A DNA stretch of 49,526 bases, taken from a phage. Where the stretch lies: the sequence record PZ296778.1. One strand, 5' to 3'. A program made the translations under genes and the position numbers. Below, one piece after another: positions 28,908 to 38,600 of this stretch. Numbering within the stretch: position 1 is the stretch's first letter; the number at the start of each line of letters is the position of its first letter. The notes below the pieces were generated by a model. It had not been told where the DNA came from, did no database searches, and saw nothing but the letters and a program-made list of their open reading frames with translations.

Positions 28908-30905
28908 ATGATTCCAAATATCGAAAAACAAATATCAGCATTAGGCGAGGCAGTAATAAAAAGCATCCAAGAGCGATTCACGGTTGGCAATATAGTGCCT
29001 TATCCTTATCAGTGCGTTGCGTATGCAGAGATCGCAAAGCGCATGAAAAACTATGAGCATCCTTTCTTTGTTAAGGCTTCTGTATCGGCTGGCAAAACAT
29101 TGATGTTTGCGATGGTTGCGGCGCAATGCCGCAAAATGGGATTGAAAATGATGGTCCTTGCTCGCCAGGCTGAAATTGTTGATCAGGATTCGGAGGAGAT
29201 CAGCAATCTTGGCGTGCCAAACTCAATCTATTGCGCCGGACTGAAAACAAAAAGCGCATACTTTCCGATCGTAGTCGGTTCTGAGGGCACTGTAGTAAAC
29301 GGATTGTTTAAGTCGTTAGGTGATTATGTTCCGCACGTTATCGGTATTGATGAATGTCACCAGGTGGATTGGGAGGATCTCGCGGACGCGATAGAAAATA
29401 ATGAATCTTACCAGCAGATGACCACTAAGAAGGATTTGCCTGTACTGATTGGAGAAGAACAGCAATTTGATTCCAATGGCGATCCAATGTTCGGAACAGG
29501 GCGCACACAGTACACCGTAATAATCATGGAAATGATGCGTAGGTGTCGCGAGGCATACGGGCACGAATTGCGAATATTCGGCATGACTGGATCTGAGTTT
29601 CGCGGCGTGGTTCCAATACTGGTTGAAGATAAGAACAAAAAGGGATTCTGGCGTGAGCAGGTGACTAACATAGACACAAACTACTTAATCAAATTCGGTT
29701 CGGTAGTGCCAACAAACTTCGGCGACGTAGGCGACCTGGGTTATGACCTTTCAGAGTTCGAAGCCAGTAGCGAGGATGGCGTTTCAGACTTTGACGCTAA
29801 AACATTGCGCAAGATGGAAGAAAAGATCCATCAAGACGCAACAATGACACAGAAAATCATGGCTAAAGTCCATGAGATATGCAAAGACAGGAACGGAGTT
29901 TTAGTTACATGCGCAGGGGAAAGGCACTGCAAGGAGGCCGCCGCCGCACTGCCGCCAGGCGTTGAATACAGGATCATAACTGGCAAGACTGGAGATAATC
30001 AGCGTAAAGAGTGGCTGAGGGAGGCATACGAGGGAAAAGTAAAATACATCTTCCAGGTACAGGCGCTTACCACTGGCGTTAACGTTCCGTTTTGGGATAC
30101 TTCGGTAATACTGAGAAAGATAGGATCTCTAACATTGCTTATCCAGCTTTTGGGGCGCGGCATGCGACTGCTTAAGCAATGGCACATTGAACAGGGATTC
30201 AAGAAAAAAGATCATCTTGTATTGGATTTTGCAGGTACTATGGATGAGTTAGGTGATTTGTATTTCGATCCAATCCTTGAGCAAGCGCAATTCCAAAAGA
30301 GATTTACAAACGGGAAAGAGCCTAAGACTTGTCCGATATGTGGAACGCTAAACAGCTTTTACGCTCGCCGATGTATGCACGTAGACGATAACGGGAAGCG
30401 ATGTGAGCATTTTTGGACTTACAGAATTTGCGAGGACCAGGTAGATCCGAGAACGAAAAAGATAATCAAGCGCGGTTGTGGAACAAAAAACGACGTAGTG
30501 GCGAGAGTATGCCGTTGTTGCGATATTTCTCTTGTCGATCCTAACGAGAAGTTAAGCGGTAAGCACTACACCAAAAACGATTGGTGCAACGTTAAATCTT
30601 TCCGCGTTGATATGACGAAAAACCAGAAAGGAATTATTTTTTGCTATGAGCTTGAGGCCAACGGCGACACGTTCAAGGCATACGAAAGATTTTTCCCTGA
30701 GTCAGAAAGCAACATTTGCCGGACGATATGGAGAAAAATAGCATTGCAGCACATACCGGATCGCAAGATTGCTGGTATGGTGGCGAGCTATAGAAATGCT
30801 CGTAAAATAATGTCATACGCTCATCACATCATGCCGCCTGTACGCGTAACGCATCGCAAAAACGGCAAAGGTGAGGATAACATTGCAAAACGGGAGTTTG
30901 TTTAA
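28908..30905 (+). CDS. superfamily 2 DNA helicase
   Basis: 665 aa; motif I SAGKT, motif II DECH, motif VI QLLGRGMR; C-terminal Cys-rich zinc-ribbon-like region. Confidence 0.8.
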   Translation: MIPNIEKQISALGEAVIKSIQERFTVGNIVPYPYQCVAYAEIAKRMKNYEHPFFVKASVSAGKTLMFAMVAAQCRKMGLKMMVLARQAEIVDQDSEEISNLGVPNSIYCAGLKTKSAYFPIVVGSEGTVVNGLFKSLGDYVPHVIGIDECHQVDWEDLADAIENNESYQQMTTKKDLPVLIGEEQQFDSNGDPMFGTGRTQYTVIIMEMMRRCREAYGHELRIFGMTGSEFRGVVPILVEDKNKKGFWREQVTNIDTNYLIKFGSVVPTNFGDVGDLGYDLSEFEASSEDGVSDFDAKTLRKMEEKIHQDATMTQKIMAKVHEICKDRNGVLVTCAGERHCKEAAAALPPGVEYRIITGKTGDNQRKEWLREAYEGKVKYIFQVQALTTGVNVPFWDTSVILRKIGSLTLLIQLLGRGMRLLKQWHIEQGFKKKDHLVLDFAGTMDELGDLYFDPILEQAQFQKRFTNGKEPKTCPICGTLNSFYARRCMHVDDNGKRCEHFWTYRICEDQVDPRTKKIIKRGCGTKNDVVARVCRCCDISLVDPNEKLSGKHYTKNDWCNVKSFRVDMTKNQKGIIFCYELEANGDTFKAYERFFPESESNICRTIWRKIALQHIPDRKIAGMVASYRNARKIMSYAHHIMPPVRVTHRKNGKGEDNIAKREFV

Positions 30906-31324
30906 TGGCTATAACTGATAAAGGAGATTATCTTGAGTTTTACGAAAGAGATCCAACCGACACGAGAAAGGAAGTTAATCACCAGATAGATAGCTTTCAG
31001 TGGTTGACTTATGCTCATCCTTATTTGCTAGCGTGGCATACGGTAAACGAGAATGAGAAGTCGAAAGTAACGGCGATGATTGATCAGCAGTCCGGCTTGG
31101 TTAAGGGGGTAAGCGATTTCATCATCCTGATTGGTTCAAACGGAAAATACCCCTTTGCAGCGATTGAGATCAAACGAGTTAATAAATCAGGCAAGGGGAA
31201 AGCATCACCAGTCAGCGATGAACAAAAGGCTTTTTTGCGTCGCGTTCGCAGCTTAGGAGGATTCGCTGCGGTCGCCTACGGATTTAATCAGTTTAAGTTA
31301 GCTATTGAATACATGCTTAAATAG
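30905..31324 (+). CDS. VRR-NUC family nuclease (putative)
   Basis: 139 aa; PD-(D/E)XK-like GVSDFIIL...AIEIKR; start overlaps helicase stop; stop TAG is part of a motif copy. Confidence 0.55.
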   Translation: MAITDKGDYLEFYERDPTDTRKEVNHQIDSFQWLTYAHPYLLAWHTVNENEKSKVTAMIDQQSGLVKGVSDFIILIGSNGKYPFAAIEIKRVNKSGKGKASPVSDEQKAFLRRVRSLGGFAAVAYGFNQFKLAIEYMLK

Positions 31325-31340
31325 CACTTTTTGTTAAAAC
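31321..31340 (+). promoter_or_regulatory. conserved intergenic motif copy F3
   Basis: ATAGCACTTTTTGTTAAAAC; its TAG is the VRR-NUC stop codon; followed by hairpin TGGCGC...GCGCCA. Confidence 0.65.
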
Positions 31341-31404
31341 TGGCGCGATGGATTGCGCCATAATTCAATAACACGAGATGGCTTTTAATAGCGGAGAAAT
31401 GAAA

Positions 31405-32130
31405 ATGGCTAAAGATATTTTAGATAAAGACACACATGACGCATTCGTTAGCTTTGAGCAGTTGGAGAGAGAAACGTTTATAGGAAATGCTCTTGCAACT
31501 GGAGGCCATTACCAGGCAGTAAAGCCAAATCAATATTATAAGGTAAGCGGCAACCGATACGCTGGAAGCACTACGCCGGACGTTGTGCGCGATATGTGGA
31601 GCACACCTCAAGAGATCGTGGAGTGGATGGAATCAGAATTTGGCGAATACGATCTCGACGCGGCAGCAAGCCATGAAAACGCAGTTTGCGAGAAGTTCTA
31701 TAGCAAGGAAACAAACTGCTTAAAGCGTTGGTGGGGTAGCAACAAGCACGTATGGCTTAACCCGCCGTACAGCAACCCAACGCCATTTATCAAGAAAGCA
31801 ATTGAGCAAATGGAGCACAACAACCAAATTGATGTTTTGCTGCCTGCCGACAATTCCACGGCCTGGTTTTATGAGGCGCAGAAAAACGCGGCTGAAATCA
31901 TCTGGATCACTGGAGAAGTTTACGAAGAGGGGGGAGTGGAATATTCCCGCACCGGAAGAATCGCCTTTGTGTCTGGATTGACTGGCGAGCCTGTACAGGG
32001 CAACAATAAGGGAAGCGTGATTTTTGTCATGCGCAAACTTAAAGAAGGCGAGGAGCAGAAAACGCGATACGTTAAGATCAGCGATATTTGCCCCTCTGTA
32101 ACCGAACGCCGCGCGCGCAAACGGAGCTAA
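31405..32130 (+). CDS. DNA N6-adenine methyltransferase (phage Dam-like)
   Basis: NPPY catalytic motif (WLNPPYSN); start at MAKDIL after RBS ggag. Confidence 0.75.
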   Translation: MAKDILDKDTHDAFVSFEQLERETFIGNALATGGHYQAVKPNQYYKVSGNRYAGSTTPDVVRDMWSTPQEIVEWMESEFGEYDLDAAASHENAVCEKFYSKETNCLKRWWGSNKHVWLNPPYSNPTPFIKKAIEQMEHNNQIDVLLPADNSTAWFYEAQKNAAEIIWITGEVYEEGGVEYSRTGRIAFVSGLTGEPVQGNNKGSVIFVMRKLKEGEEQKTRYVKISDICPSVTERRARKRS

Positions 32131-32134
32131 CACG

Positions 32135-32392
32135 ATGAAAAAAGAGAGAAGCGTTTATTTAAATGAAACTGGCGAGTGGTTGTTATTTCGCGCTATGGTG
32201 TGCGATGCACTTGATAAAAACCCTAACGTGAAAAAGATGATTGATTGCGATCCGTGGGAATTTTCAAGCGCATTAGATATGAGCTTTGATGAGACAAGAA
32301 AACTCCCTCTTGAAAAATGGCACGAACAAATCAGAAATGATATGCAAGAGTTTGTAGATTCGTGGAATTTTCAGAACGGAATGATCCACTAA
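32135..32392 (+). CDS. hypothetical protein
   Basis: 85-aa ORF; stop abuts a motif copy. Confidence 0.45.
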   Translation: MKKERSVYLNETGEWLLFRAMVCDALDKNPNVKKMIDCDPWEFSSALDMSFDETRKLPLEKWHEQIRNDMQEFVDSWNFQNGMIH

Positions 32393-32411
32393 TAGCACTT
32401 TTTGTTAAAAC
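32392..32411 (+). promoter_or_regulatory. conserved intergenic motif copy F4
   Basis: Exact 20-mer immediately after stop TAA; followed by a hairpin. Confidence 0.65.
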
Positions 32412-32461
32412 GCCCGGCATTTTGTCGGGAATAATTATTTCATCGAAACGAACGTGAGGAA

Positions 32462-32647
32462 ATGAAAATGGTAGTATATAGCAAGAAAGCATTTGACCAG
32501 GCGCAACAAGCCGCACGAGAGGCGGTAAAAGGTGGAACGAAAAACAATATGCAGCTTGATTGGGGCGCTGCAATGATTCTACTTCGCGTTGCATATGGTC
32601 ACTACCCATTAGAATTTTCGGAGGCATATTATAAGCATGAAGGTTGA
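32462..32647 (+). CDS. hypothetical protein
   Basis: 61-aa ORF with RBS gagg downstream of motif plus hairpin. Confidence 0.4.
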   Translation: MKMVVYSKKAFDQAQQAAREAVKGGTKNNMQLDWGAAMILLRVAYGHYPLEFSEAYYKHEG

Positions 32648-32879
32648 ACAAGGTAGAGAGGCGGTATGGAATCACGCTAAAGAATGCGGAATAGCCGACG
32701 ATATAAAGAAGATCGCGCAATACTTTGATATTGCAGATGTGAGCATAATTAGCGGCGATAAGATGACTTTCCTCAAGGAAAGGCCGCGAAAAATGGTAAG
32801 AGTTCCAGCAGTTCCAACAAAAATTGATTTCAAAGAGGCAATGGCTAAAATCCGAGAGCCTCGCAAATATTATAAATGA
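32637..32879 (+). CDS. hypothetical protein
   Basis: 80-aa ORF overlapping the upstream stop. Confidence 0.4.
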   Translation: MKVEQGREAVWNHAKECGIADDIKKIAQYFDIADVSIISGDKMTFLKERPRKMVRVPAVPTKIDFKEAMAKIREPRKYYK

Positions 32880-32973
32880 GGATAGTTATCATGTGGCGCT
32901 TGTTTGTTCTACCGTTACCCGTTATCATCGCTGTTACAGTTATGTACCATATAGTGATGAGATAGGTGGCAGA

Positions 32974-34089
32974 ATGAAAAATGTAAAAATTACAGATGAG
33001 CAATTCAAGATCGAACGGGCGGCGGGTAAGACATATAAACAGATCGCTCAAGAGTACGGAATGAATGTGAGAAGCGTCGAGCGTCGCGCGGCGCGACTTG
33101 CAAAGCAAGGCCAGGTATCCACCATTGGAGCGCCTGGTTTTGGCGTTCATGGTGAGTCAGTAATGACTGACAAAGAAGGCAACATAATCCTAAAGTGGAC
33201 TAAAACCAGCAAGGATAAAGAGCAATTAGAAGCATTAATGCGCGCAGCAATGGAGGCATTTAGCGAGGAAGTGCCGCGATTAGATCCGGTTCCATTACAG
33301 GAGCGCGACTATAACGAAACGCTTTCCTTGTATCCGATCTTTGACATGCACTTAGGCGCTATGGCCCATAAGCACGAATGCGGCGAAAATTGGGATACTG
33401 CCACGGCAGAGCGCGTTATGAATAACTTTATCGACTATGCTTTAATGTGCGCGCCGGATAGCGAAAAGGCTGTCATCCTGATTGGTGGCGATATGCTGCA
33501 TAGCGACGGCCTGGAGGCGGTTACACCTGCAAGCGGTCACGTACTGGATCAAGATAGTCGATATGCAAAATTGGTTTACGTTGCCATCCGTGCAATGCGA
33601 CGCGCAATCAATAAAATGTTGTTAAAGCATAAACATGTTGAAGTCCAGATCGTAGAGGGCAATCATGACCAATCAGGAATGATTTGGCTGCGCGCAGCAA
33701 TGGCGGCAGCATATGAAAACGAGCCGCGCGTTTACGTTGATGTTTCACCTCGCGTTGTGCACCACACGCAATACGGAAAAACTTTCCTTGCGTACCATCA
33801 CGGGCACACAGTGCGTAAACCGGAGACTTTGCTAATGATGTGCGCGTCAGATTGGCGGGAGGACTTCGGAAACTCAAAAACGATGTATGCGCACGTAGGG
33901 CACTGGCATCACCAGACCGTAACGGAAACGTCGCTTGGCATCGTGGAAGTACATAGCACCCTGGCGGCAAAAGACGCATACGCAGCGCGCGGTGGCTGGC
34001 GATCTCGACGCCGTGCGGCGGTTATCATTTACGACAAAGAGCATGGAGAGGTTGGGCGATTTGTTCACTATCCAGAAATGATGAATTGA
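32974..34089 (+). CDS. HTH-domain metallophosphoesterase (calcineurin-like)
   Basis: Start at MKNVKIT after RBS aggtgg; N-terminal HTH (KTYKQIAQEYGMNVRSVERRAARL); phosphoesterase motifs DMHLG, GGDMLHSDG, GNHDQ, HHGH, GHWHH. Confidence 0.6.
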   Translation: MKNVKITDEQFKIERAAGKTYKQIAQEYGMNVRSVERRAARLAKQGQVSTIGAPGFGVHGESVMTDKEGNIILKWTKTSKDKEQLEALMRAAMEAFSEEVPRLDPVPLQERDYNETLSLYPIFDMHLGAMAHKHECGENWDTATAERVMNNFIDYALMCAPDSEKAVILIGGDMLHSDGLEAVTPASGHVLDQDSRYAKLVYVAIRAMRRAINKMLLKHKHVEVQIVEGNHDQSGMIWLRAAMAAAYENEPRVYVDVSPRVVHHTQYGKTFLAYHHGHTVRKPETLLMMCASDWREDFGNSKTMYAHVGHWHHQTVTETSLGIVEVHSTLAAKDAYAARGGWRSRRRAAVIIYDKEHGEVGRFVHYPEMMN

Positions 34090-34234
34090 TGAATTTTTAT
34101 TTAAATCAATGACAAATTAAATCAAAAACTTGCAAAGGGGCGGCGTTTGTCGCCTCTTTTTTTTGTTTAATTTTTTACCATGTACGTTTATCATGCGGTC
34201 AATATATTGACTTTAATTAATATGGAGAATAAAA

Positions 34235-34450
34235 ATGAAAGATTTTATTAACGCAGCTACCGCTGGATCTGGCGGTTCATCTATCGCAAGCGCCGCTACA
34301 GGGCAGTTAACCATTGCTATTGCCAGCTTTGTTTTAATGGCTGCATTCGGTGCATGGGGCGCTTACCTTCGCTGGCGTGATAGTAAAAAATTCCACGAAG
34401 CGATCGAAAAAGGTGATATTCAAAAAGCTATTGAAATCAGGGGCAAGTAA
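34235..34450 (+). CDS. holin
   Basis: 71 aa; central hydrophobic transmembrane segment; charged C-terminus; immediately upstream of the endolysin with ATGA overlap. Confidence 0.6.
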   Translation: MKDFINAATAGSGGSSIASAATGQLTIAIASFVLMAAFGAWGAYLRWRDSKKFHEAIEKGDIQKAIEIRGK

Positions 34451-34941
34451 TGAGCATAAAGAACAGGGTAGCGGCTGCGGCCTTTGGCGTTGCGGTTGCC
34501 TTGACTTCTCCACTTCTTGAAGAGATCGAAGGGGTAAGATACAAGCCATACAAAGATATTGCTGGAGTATGGACGGTTTGCGCAGGAATCACCGGACCAG
34601 ATGTTATCCTGGGGAAAACGTACACTAAAAAAGAGTGTGATGCTTTGTTGGCTAAGCATATCCAGGTTGCTAAAAAGGAAGTTGACAAGCAAGTTAAGGT
34701 TGATATTCCTGATAGTATGCGTGCAGCAATGTACTCATTCACTTACAATGCAGGTGTGGGAGCTTTCAGAAATTCAACAATGCTGAAACTCATCAACCAG
34801 GGGAAATTAAACGAGGCTTGCGATCAGCTTTATCGTTGGACTTATTACCATAACCCAAAAACAGGAAAGCGCGAGAAGTCTAAAGGCTTACTTAACAGGC
34901 GCAAGGTCGAATACAAATATTGCACAATGGATCTGAAATGA
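34450..34941 (+). CDS. endolysin (GH24 lysozyme)
   Basis: 163 aa; catalytic-triad spacing E-x8-D-x5-T ([16 protein letters not shown]) as in T4 lysozyme. Confidence 0.85.
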   Translation: MSIKNRVAAAAFGVAVALTSPLLEEIEGVRYKPYKDIAGVWTVCAGITGPDVILGKTYTKKECDALLAKHIQVAKKEVDKQVKVDIPDSMRAAMYSFTYNAGVGAFRNSTMLKLINQGKLNEACDQLYRWTYYHNPKTGKREKSKGLLNRRKVEYKYCTMDLK

Positions 34942-35333
34942 TGAAGAATTTTTTACTTACACCAATCGCAATGGCGGTGATCTTGTCTGGATGTTCAAGC
35001 GTTACGCCACTGACCGGATTAATCGGCAGTAAGCCGGAAATCACAGCACAGGCTGGAGCGGAGAACGTGAAGCAGACAGTTGGCATTACAGCAAAGCAGG
35101 ACGCCAGCACAAAACAGGAAACCACAATAAAGGAATCTGCGGTTGACAAGGTGGACACGTCCAGCAAGAAGGATTTCACAACATCAACCATTCAGGCCAA
35201 TACCATCAAGGCAGACAAAATTCAGGTCGTGCAGGGTAATAACGGCAGATGGTACGATCCAGTAATCATATGCGTGGTTGTGTTTCTTGTGCTGATTTGT
35301 CTTTACTGGAGAGAAAAGAAAAAGGAGGCTTAA
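34938..35333 (+). CDS. unimolecular spanin (T1 gp11-like)
   Basis: N-terminal lipoprotein signal with lipobox (ILSGCSS) plus C-terminal transmembrane helix ([16 protein letters not shown]); last gene of the lysis cassette. Confidence 0.65.
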   Translation: MMKNFLLTPIAMAVILSGCSSVTPLTGLIGSKPEITAQAGAENVKQTVGITAKQDASTKQETTIKESAVDKVDTSSKKDFTTSTIQANTIKADKIQVVQGNNGRWYDPVIICVVVFLVLICLYWREKKKEA

Positions 35334-35350
35334 TGCCTCCTTTATTTTTA
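35323..35350. terminator. terminator after lysis cassette (likely bidirectional)
   Basis: AGGAGGC-ttaat-GCCTCCT hairpin overlapping the spanin stop, followed by a T-rich run; convergent minus-strand gene ends here. Confidence 0.6.
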
Positions 35351-35572
35351 TGCGTCGGGCCACATATGAGTTTCGTTTGTTGGCTTGTTCGATTCGTCGT
35401 ACTGCCTTACTTCAATGCTGCAAGTGTCGCCGTACATTTCTGCAATCTTGCGCTCATTTTCAACCGCCGATTGCTCACTCCAGCCTGAATCCTTATCGTA
35501 AACTGTCGGAATTTCAGAAGAAGATCCATTTGCATGATTGTATACGCGAACTACTAAAAACTTGCTGGACAT
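35348..35572 (-). CDS. hypothetical protein
   Basis: Start moved to MSSKFLVV after RBS aagga; downstream of motif copy R4. Confidence 0.4.
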   Translation of the reverse strand: MSSKFLVVRVYNHANGSSSEIPTVYDKDSGWSEQSAVENERKIAEMYGDTCSIEVRQYDESNKPTNETHMWPDA

Positions 35573-35633
35573 AATTTTTCCTTTTTGGTTGGTTCGTTTC
35601 GATGAAACAAATATACCCGACACAAGATCGGGA

Positions 35634-35653
35634 GTTTTAACAAAAAATGCTAT
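35634..35653 (-). promoter_or_regulatory. conserved intergenic motif copy R4 (variant)
   Basis: GTTTTAACAAAAAATGCTAT on the + strand; forward-oriented relative to the minus-strand early operon. Confidence 0.55.
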
Positions 35654-35770
35654 TCCATACGCTTTACTGTAACCAATAACACACCATCATCATTGCATAA
35701 AACGTGTTCAGTGGTGCTAAAAGCTCGCATATCTGAATAAAGTAGCGTAAGTAAAGCATGAATAAAATCA

Positions 35771-36166
35771 TCATGTGATATTGAATTTACGGCGCAGTGC
35801 TTCAAGATCTTGTCTATTAGCTTTTGCCTGGAACAATTCATCATCGCCCATCTCCCCTATTCTAGCTATATCCCTGATCCAGTCGTTGCGCATACCATCC
35901 AGGCTATACAATTCGAATCCGAAAGGCCGCTTTGACGATCCTTTGGACCAGTATTTTCCGCATACTCCATCTATATAACCAGCCGTCATCATTCTTGCGC
36001 AAAATTCCTTAGATGCAAGGCTGGCGAACATTCGCGGCGTAAGTCCGGCGGCCCGTGCGAGCCGCTCACATTCTCTATGCTGATAGATAAATTTGGCTAT
36101 GTGCTGCCTGTTAAACCAATCGTATGACTCACACCATTTATACAGATCAAGCAAAAACATAATCAT
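35771..36166 (-). CDS. hypothetical protein
   Basis: 131-aa ORF; start overlaps stop of the upstream P-loop gene (ATGA). Confidence 0.45.
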   Translation of the reverse strand: MIMFLLDLYKWCESYDWFNRQHIAKFIYQHRECERLARAAGLTPRMFASLASKEFCARMMTAGYIDGVCGKYWSKGSSKRPFGFELYSLDGMRNDWIRDIARIGEMGDDELFQAKANRQDLEALRRKFNIT

Positions 36167-37854
36167 CCCAGCAGTATTGGATTGACAAAAATAACACCAT
36201 TAATCACACAAACATAATTTCTTTCTTCCAGCATTGGCAGTAAGTGCCCTTCTATCCTTTTCATTACGCCAGCCTGACCAACGAAAGGTTTTACCTTTCT
36301 CGCTGATTCGTACAGGGCGCGGATATTCAGAATCCCTTTATTAGCCTTGCCGTGCCTCGTGATCAATTCAATCAATTTACCCATTTCAGCATCATCACCA
36401 GCATAACCAGAAGCATTGGCGGCGCTAATGTATGTTTTGCTCAATTCCTGAAACATGATCAACGCCTCTTGCATTGTTTCCACGTCGATCTCTTTCGACT
36501 TCTGCGGGTATCCGGCAGGATTAAACCAGTTACGGATAACATGCAGGACGGAAGCAAGCCTGATCACCTGTTTATCCATTTTACCCAGCGCACCGCGTAA
36601 CATTGTATGAGAATACTTTCCTCCGTCTGCAAGATGCGGTTCCATATCCTGGCGAGCAATGTTGAGCACTCGCATAGCTGAACGGCTTATTTTCAGCGAT
36701 ATATTTGATTCGCTCATGATGTTATGCACCAATTGATAATATTGGGCTTTCAATTCAGAATCCACCGCCTCATAGGTAGAATCACCATTTTCATCAATGA
36801 ATGAGCGACGGCCTAAGAATGATTCCTCGCGGACCAACAAAAAACGCTCACTAACACCGATGCCTCGCGATCCAGCGTCCATGATTCCGCTTATCGTTTC
36901 ATCCTGGGCTATAACGCTCATACATCCAAGCGCGCGAAAACTCATATTATTGTCAGCATTAGCGCGGGCAATTGATACGTGACCATTATCCCACGCCTTA
37001 AGCACTAACTCACTGTTAGTCTTCCTTTCGCTATTTGCATAGGTCAAGCCTAACAGACTGTTAATACTTGTTGCTTCATCAGATATTACGGCAAAGTTAC
37101 CTTGCTTGTTGTTGATTTTCGCCAAGCCTTCTGGAGTTGTATCTGAGACAGGAAAAGTTATATCACACATTTTTTCCAGTTTTTCCTCCAGATCCTCTTT
37201 TTCCTGGTATAGAGATTCCATATCAGCGCCGGATCTTTCGCTTTTCATCTCCTTTGCAAGACCTGCCAGCTTTGCCTGTATTTTCTTTCTTTCCTTGCGG
37301 CGTTGCTCGTTGATCTTCTCAACTTCCGCAATCATCGGAGCAATAGCCATGCTGTTGATCGCAGATTTACCAGTTGACGGCGGCTGGCTTGTAACGACGT
37401 AAAGCGCAGTCGGCTGATCGGTTCCGTGATAGTCAACCGTAAAGCGTCCAAGCATAGCGGCAGAAATGCAGCCGATAAAGTGCATGTAAGCCGATGATTC
37501 AGGGAATTGAACGGATCGCGCAATGCTGCGTGATAACTTGCCGACAACATCAATATCATTACCAAGAGAAATAACGGGGTAGCGATCGTGACCGCTATTC
37601 ACATCCGATTCAGGGAATTGAACGGATCGCGCAATGCTGCGTGATAACTTGCCGACAACATCAATATCATTACCAAGAGAAATAACGGGGTAGCGATCGT
37701 GACCGCTATTCACATCCTTTACGTCGCCCCAAAAGCTGGACGACTGGCGATAGCCGTTAGCCTGAATTGATACGCGAACTGGCGAAAGGTTCTGGCTTTC
37801 AGCCATAGCGATTATTTGTTGTGGAGTTAATTTGTTCGTTTCTAATGAAAACAT
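36163..37854 (-). CDS. P-loop NTPase of unknown function (DUF3987-like?)
   Basis: 563 aa; Walker A-like PSTGKS and Walker B-like FAVISDEAT; N-terminus carries a perfect 37-aa tandem duplication; RBS aaggag. Confidence 0.5.
   Translation of the reverse strand: MFSLETNKLTPQQIIAMAESQNLSPVRVSIQANGYRQSSSFWGDVKDVNSGHDRYPVISLGNDIDVVGKLSRSIARSVQFPESDVNSGHDRYPVISLGNDIDVVGKLSRSIARSVQFPESSAYMHFIGCISAAMLGRFTVDYHGTDQPTALYVVTSQPPSTGKSAINSMAIAPMIAEVEKINEQRRKERKKIQAKLAGLAKEMKSERSGADMESLYQEKEDLEEKLEKMCDITFPVSDTTPEGLAKINNKQGNFAVISDEATSINSLLGLTYANSERKTNSELVLKAWDNGHVSIARANADNNMSFRALGCMSVIAQDETISGIMDAGSRGIGVSERFLLVREESFLGRRSFIDENGDSTYEAVDSELKAQYYQLVHNIMSESNISLKISRSAMRVLNIARQDMEPHLADGGKYSHTMLRGALGKMDKQVIRLASVLHVIRNWFNPAGYPQKSKEIDVETMQEALIMFQELSKTYISAANASGYAGDDAEMGKLIELITRHGKANKGILNIRALYESARKVKPFVGQAGVMKRIEGHLLPMLEERNYVCVINGVIFVNPILLG
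37496..37717 (-). repeat. perfect 111-bp in-frame tandem duplication inside the P-loop gene
   Basis: Two identical adjacent 111-bp units (37496-37606 and 37607-37717) encoding a duplicated 37-aa segment. Confidence 0.85.
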
Positions 37855-37906
37855 TCGTTAGCTTCTCCTTTGTGGGCCGTAAATTTTAACGGCCCAATAC
37901 TACCCC

Positions 37907-37926
37907 GTTTTGTCAAAAAGTGCTAT
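37907..37926 (-). promoter_or_regulatory. conserved intergenic motif copy R5 (variant)
   Basis: GTTTTGTCAAAAAGTGCTAT; followed on the minus strand by hairpin GGGCCGT...ACGGCCC, RBS aaggag and the P-loop gene start. Confidence 0.6.
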
Positions 37927-38144
37927 TTGATCCGCTCTATTGCAACCAGAAGTCGATCAGGCTGGCGGTCGCTGTAGCATTCTCCTGTAATCCCATCCTT
38001 AAACGTAAAGTAAAGCGCCTTATGATATGAAAAACCAATCAGCCAACCTACCGCCGTTTTTTTGATGGGCCTGACTATATCGCCAGGCTTGAAAGTCTTT
38101 GTGGTAGAATGCGTTACTTTGTAACGGTTTTCACTGTTTATCAC
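37923..38144 (-). CDS. hypothetical protein
   Basis: 73-aa ORF whose stop TAG lies within motif copy R5. Confidence 0.4.
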   Translation of the reverse strand: MINSENRYKVTHSTTKTFKPGDIVRPIKKTAVGWLIGFSYHKALYFTFKDGITGECYSDRQPDRLLVAIERIK

Positions 38145-38527
38145 AGATATTTGCCCTCAAACAGATAACAGCCGCCAGCAGAGAATCCGACCTCTTCACG
38201 GTACAGGTTCCAGCGGTCGCCGCACTCATCAAAAACATAACCCGCAACGCTTCCAAGCGGTCGCCCTTTCTCGATCTGGTATCGCTTGCCCTGCTTAAAG
38301 TGCTTTTTGCACGGCATGTTATGATCTACAAACGTGCAAAGAACGGTCTTTGTGTTAATGGCGCGGTAATCATCTCGGTTTGCTGGAAGCCAACGGCTAC
38401 CCTTAACAAGCGTCTTAACCTGGAACTCTTCCACCTCGATCACATCATTACTTCCTGCAATCTTCTGATAAACCGTTTTAAAACGGCCTTTCATCAATAC
38501 GTTGGTTTCATTACAGATAACATTCAT
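38141..38527 (-). CDS. hypothetical protein
   Basis: 128-aa ORF; overlapping start/stop with the downstream gene. Confidence 0.45.
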   Translation of the reverse strand: MNVICNETNVLMKGRFKTVYQKIAGSNDVIEVEEFQVKTLVKGSRWLPANRDDYRAINTKTVLCTFVDHNMPCKKHFKQGKRYQIEKGRPLGSVAGYVFDECGDRWNLYREEVGFSAGGCYLFEGKYL

Positions 38528-38580
38528 GATTAGATCTCCTTTGTTTGTTCGATGTGATTATGCCAGGTTTTTACACCTGG

Positions 38581-38600
38581 CTTTTAACAAAAAGTGCTAT
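38581..38600 (-). promoter_or_regulatory. conserved intergenic motif copy R6
   Basis: CTTTTAACAAAAAGTGCTAT; contains the stop TAG of the methyltransferase gene on the minus strand. Confidence 0.6.

Noticed and set aside
35650-35844. 64-aa minus-strand ORF ending on a motif TAG
   Set aside because: It overlaps the 3' end of the longer ORF 35771-36166 by about 74 nt in another frame. It was not listed as a feature; a short version starting at an internal Met remains possible.
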